Shown one piece after another: positions 63,378 to 64,000 of a stretch of DNA of 64,000 nt. Source of the stretch: Chiloscyllium plagiosum (Eukaryota). Every line of letters starts with the position of its first letter. Positions within the stretch are counted from its first letter, which is position 1. A program made the position numbers and the translations under genes. The stretch spans positions 86,411,286-86,475,285 of the forward strand of contig NC_057719.1 of the NCBI RefSeq assembly GCF_004010195.1, read 5' to 3'. The notes below the pieces were generated by a model, which worked only from the letters and a program-made list of their open reading frames with translations, was not told the DNA's origin and ran no database searches.

Positions 63378-64000
63378 CTGCAGACGCTGGGATCTGTACT
63401 TAAAATAAAATGCTGGAAATCACAGCGGGCCAGGCAGCATCCATAGAGAGAGATCTGGCTAACATCTCAAGTCTAGATGACTTCTCATCAGAGTTGATGT
63501 GAAGTGTGGAGGGGGCAGCATTTTATGCAGCAGTGGAGGGTGGAGTGCTGAGGGAGTAAGGGTGCTATATATTAAGTGATGGGAATGTGAGAATGGCAGA
63601 GCATTGGTGTGTCTAACTGCCAAACTGGAAAGAACAGACACTGGAATGGGGGGGGGGGGGGGAGAAATGGGGGAGGGAGGAGGGGAGGACGTGGTGACAG
63701 AGAATGCAACATGTAAAGCTAAAAGAAAGGGCAGGAATGGGAGTGAGTTCACAATCTGAAGGTGTTGAATGCAATAAATTCAGAAAGTTGTAAAGTGCCT
63801 GAAGATGAAATGTTGTTCCTCCCAGTTTCTGCTGTGATTTGTTAAAGCATTGCAGCATTGCCCAAAGGACCCGTTCCTGTGCTATATTGTTCTACGTTCT
63901 ATTACAGCATGCCAAGAACAGACAAGTGGGCATGTGAGCAGGATGCTGTGTTAAAATGACTGGCTATGGGAAGGTCAGGGTCATGCTTGCATACAGACTA
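63378..64000 (-). mobile_element. PLE 3' end of another subfamily, running off the window
   Basis: pLTR-like start with decayed hammerhead (minus strand CTGATGA-G-AAGTC atcta GACTT-GAGA), followed by endonuclease C-terminal-like sequence. Confidence 0.7.

Noticed and set aside
56924..64000. VPS39 exon 14 (expected TNVALV...-like peptide)
   Set aside because: Not found by eye; the region is almost entirely repeats, so the exon probably lies beyond the window.

Overview
This is eukaryotic (vertebrate) genomic DNA, most likely from a cartilaginous fish. That assignment is inferred from the HE1-type V-SINEs, CR1/HER1-type LINEs and shark-type Penelope repeats. The window holds the 5' part of one conserved gene on the + strand, VPS39 (Vam6/Vps39, HOPS subunit). 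Coding exons 1-13 run from the ATG at 1419 to 56923, total 1374 nt (458 codons), all with GT-AG introns and continuous phase. Exon 14 onward was not found and presumably lies beyond the window. The introns are packed with retroelements: CR1 LINEs (one near full-length copy carrying three nested insertions), L2-like fragments, HE1 SINEs, Tigger-like MITEs and several Penelope-like elements (PLEs). The most notable non-coding signal is a set of at least three PLE-derived terminal-repeat families carrying minimal type I hammerhead ribozyme motifs. Several are short, free-standing, TSD-flanked palindromes. The copies with intact catalytic cores all lie antisense to VPS39, and every sense-strand copy I could read is damaged. 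PLE hammerheads are a known class, so I cannot support a claim of a wholly new system. An assembly gap lies at 12249-12709. Repeat boundaries are read by eye and are approximate unless a TSD is cited.
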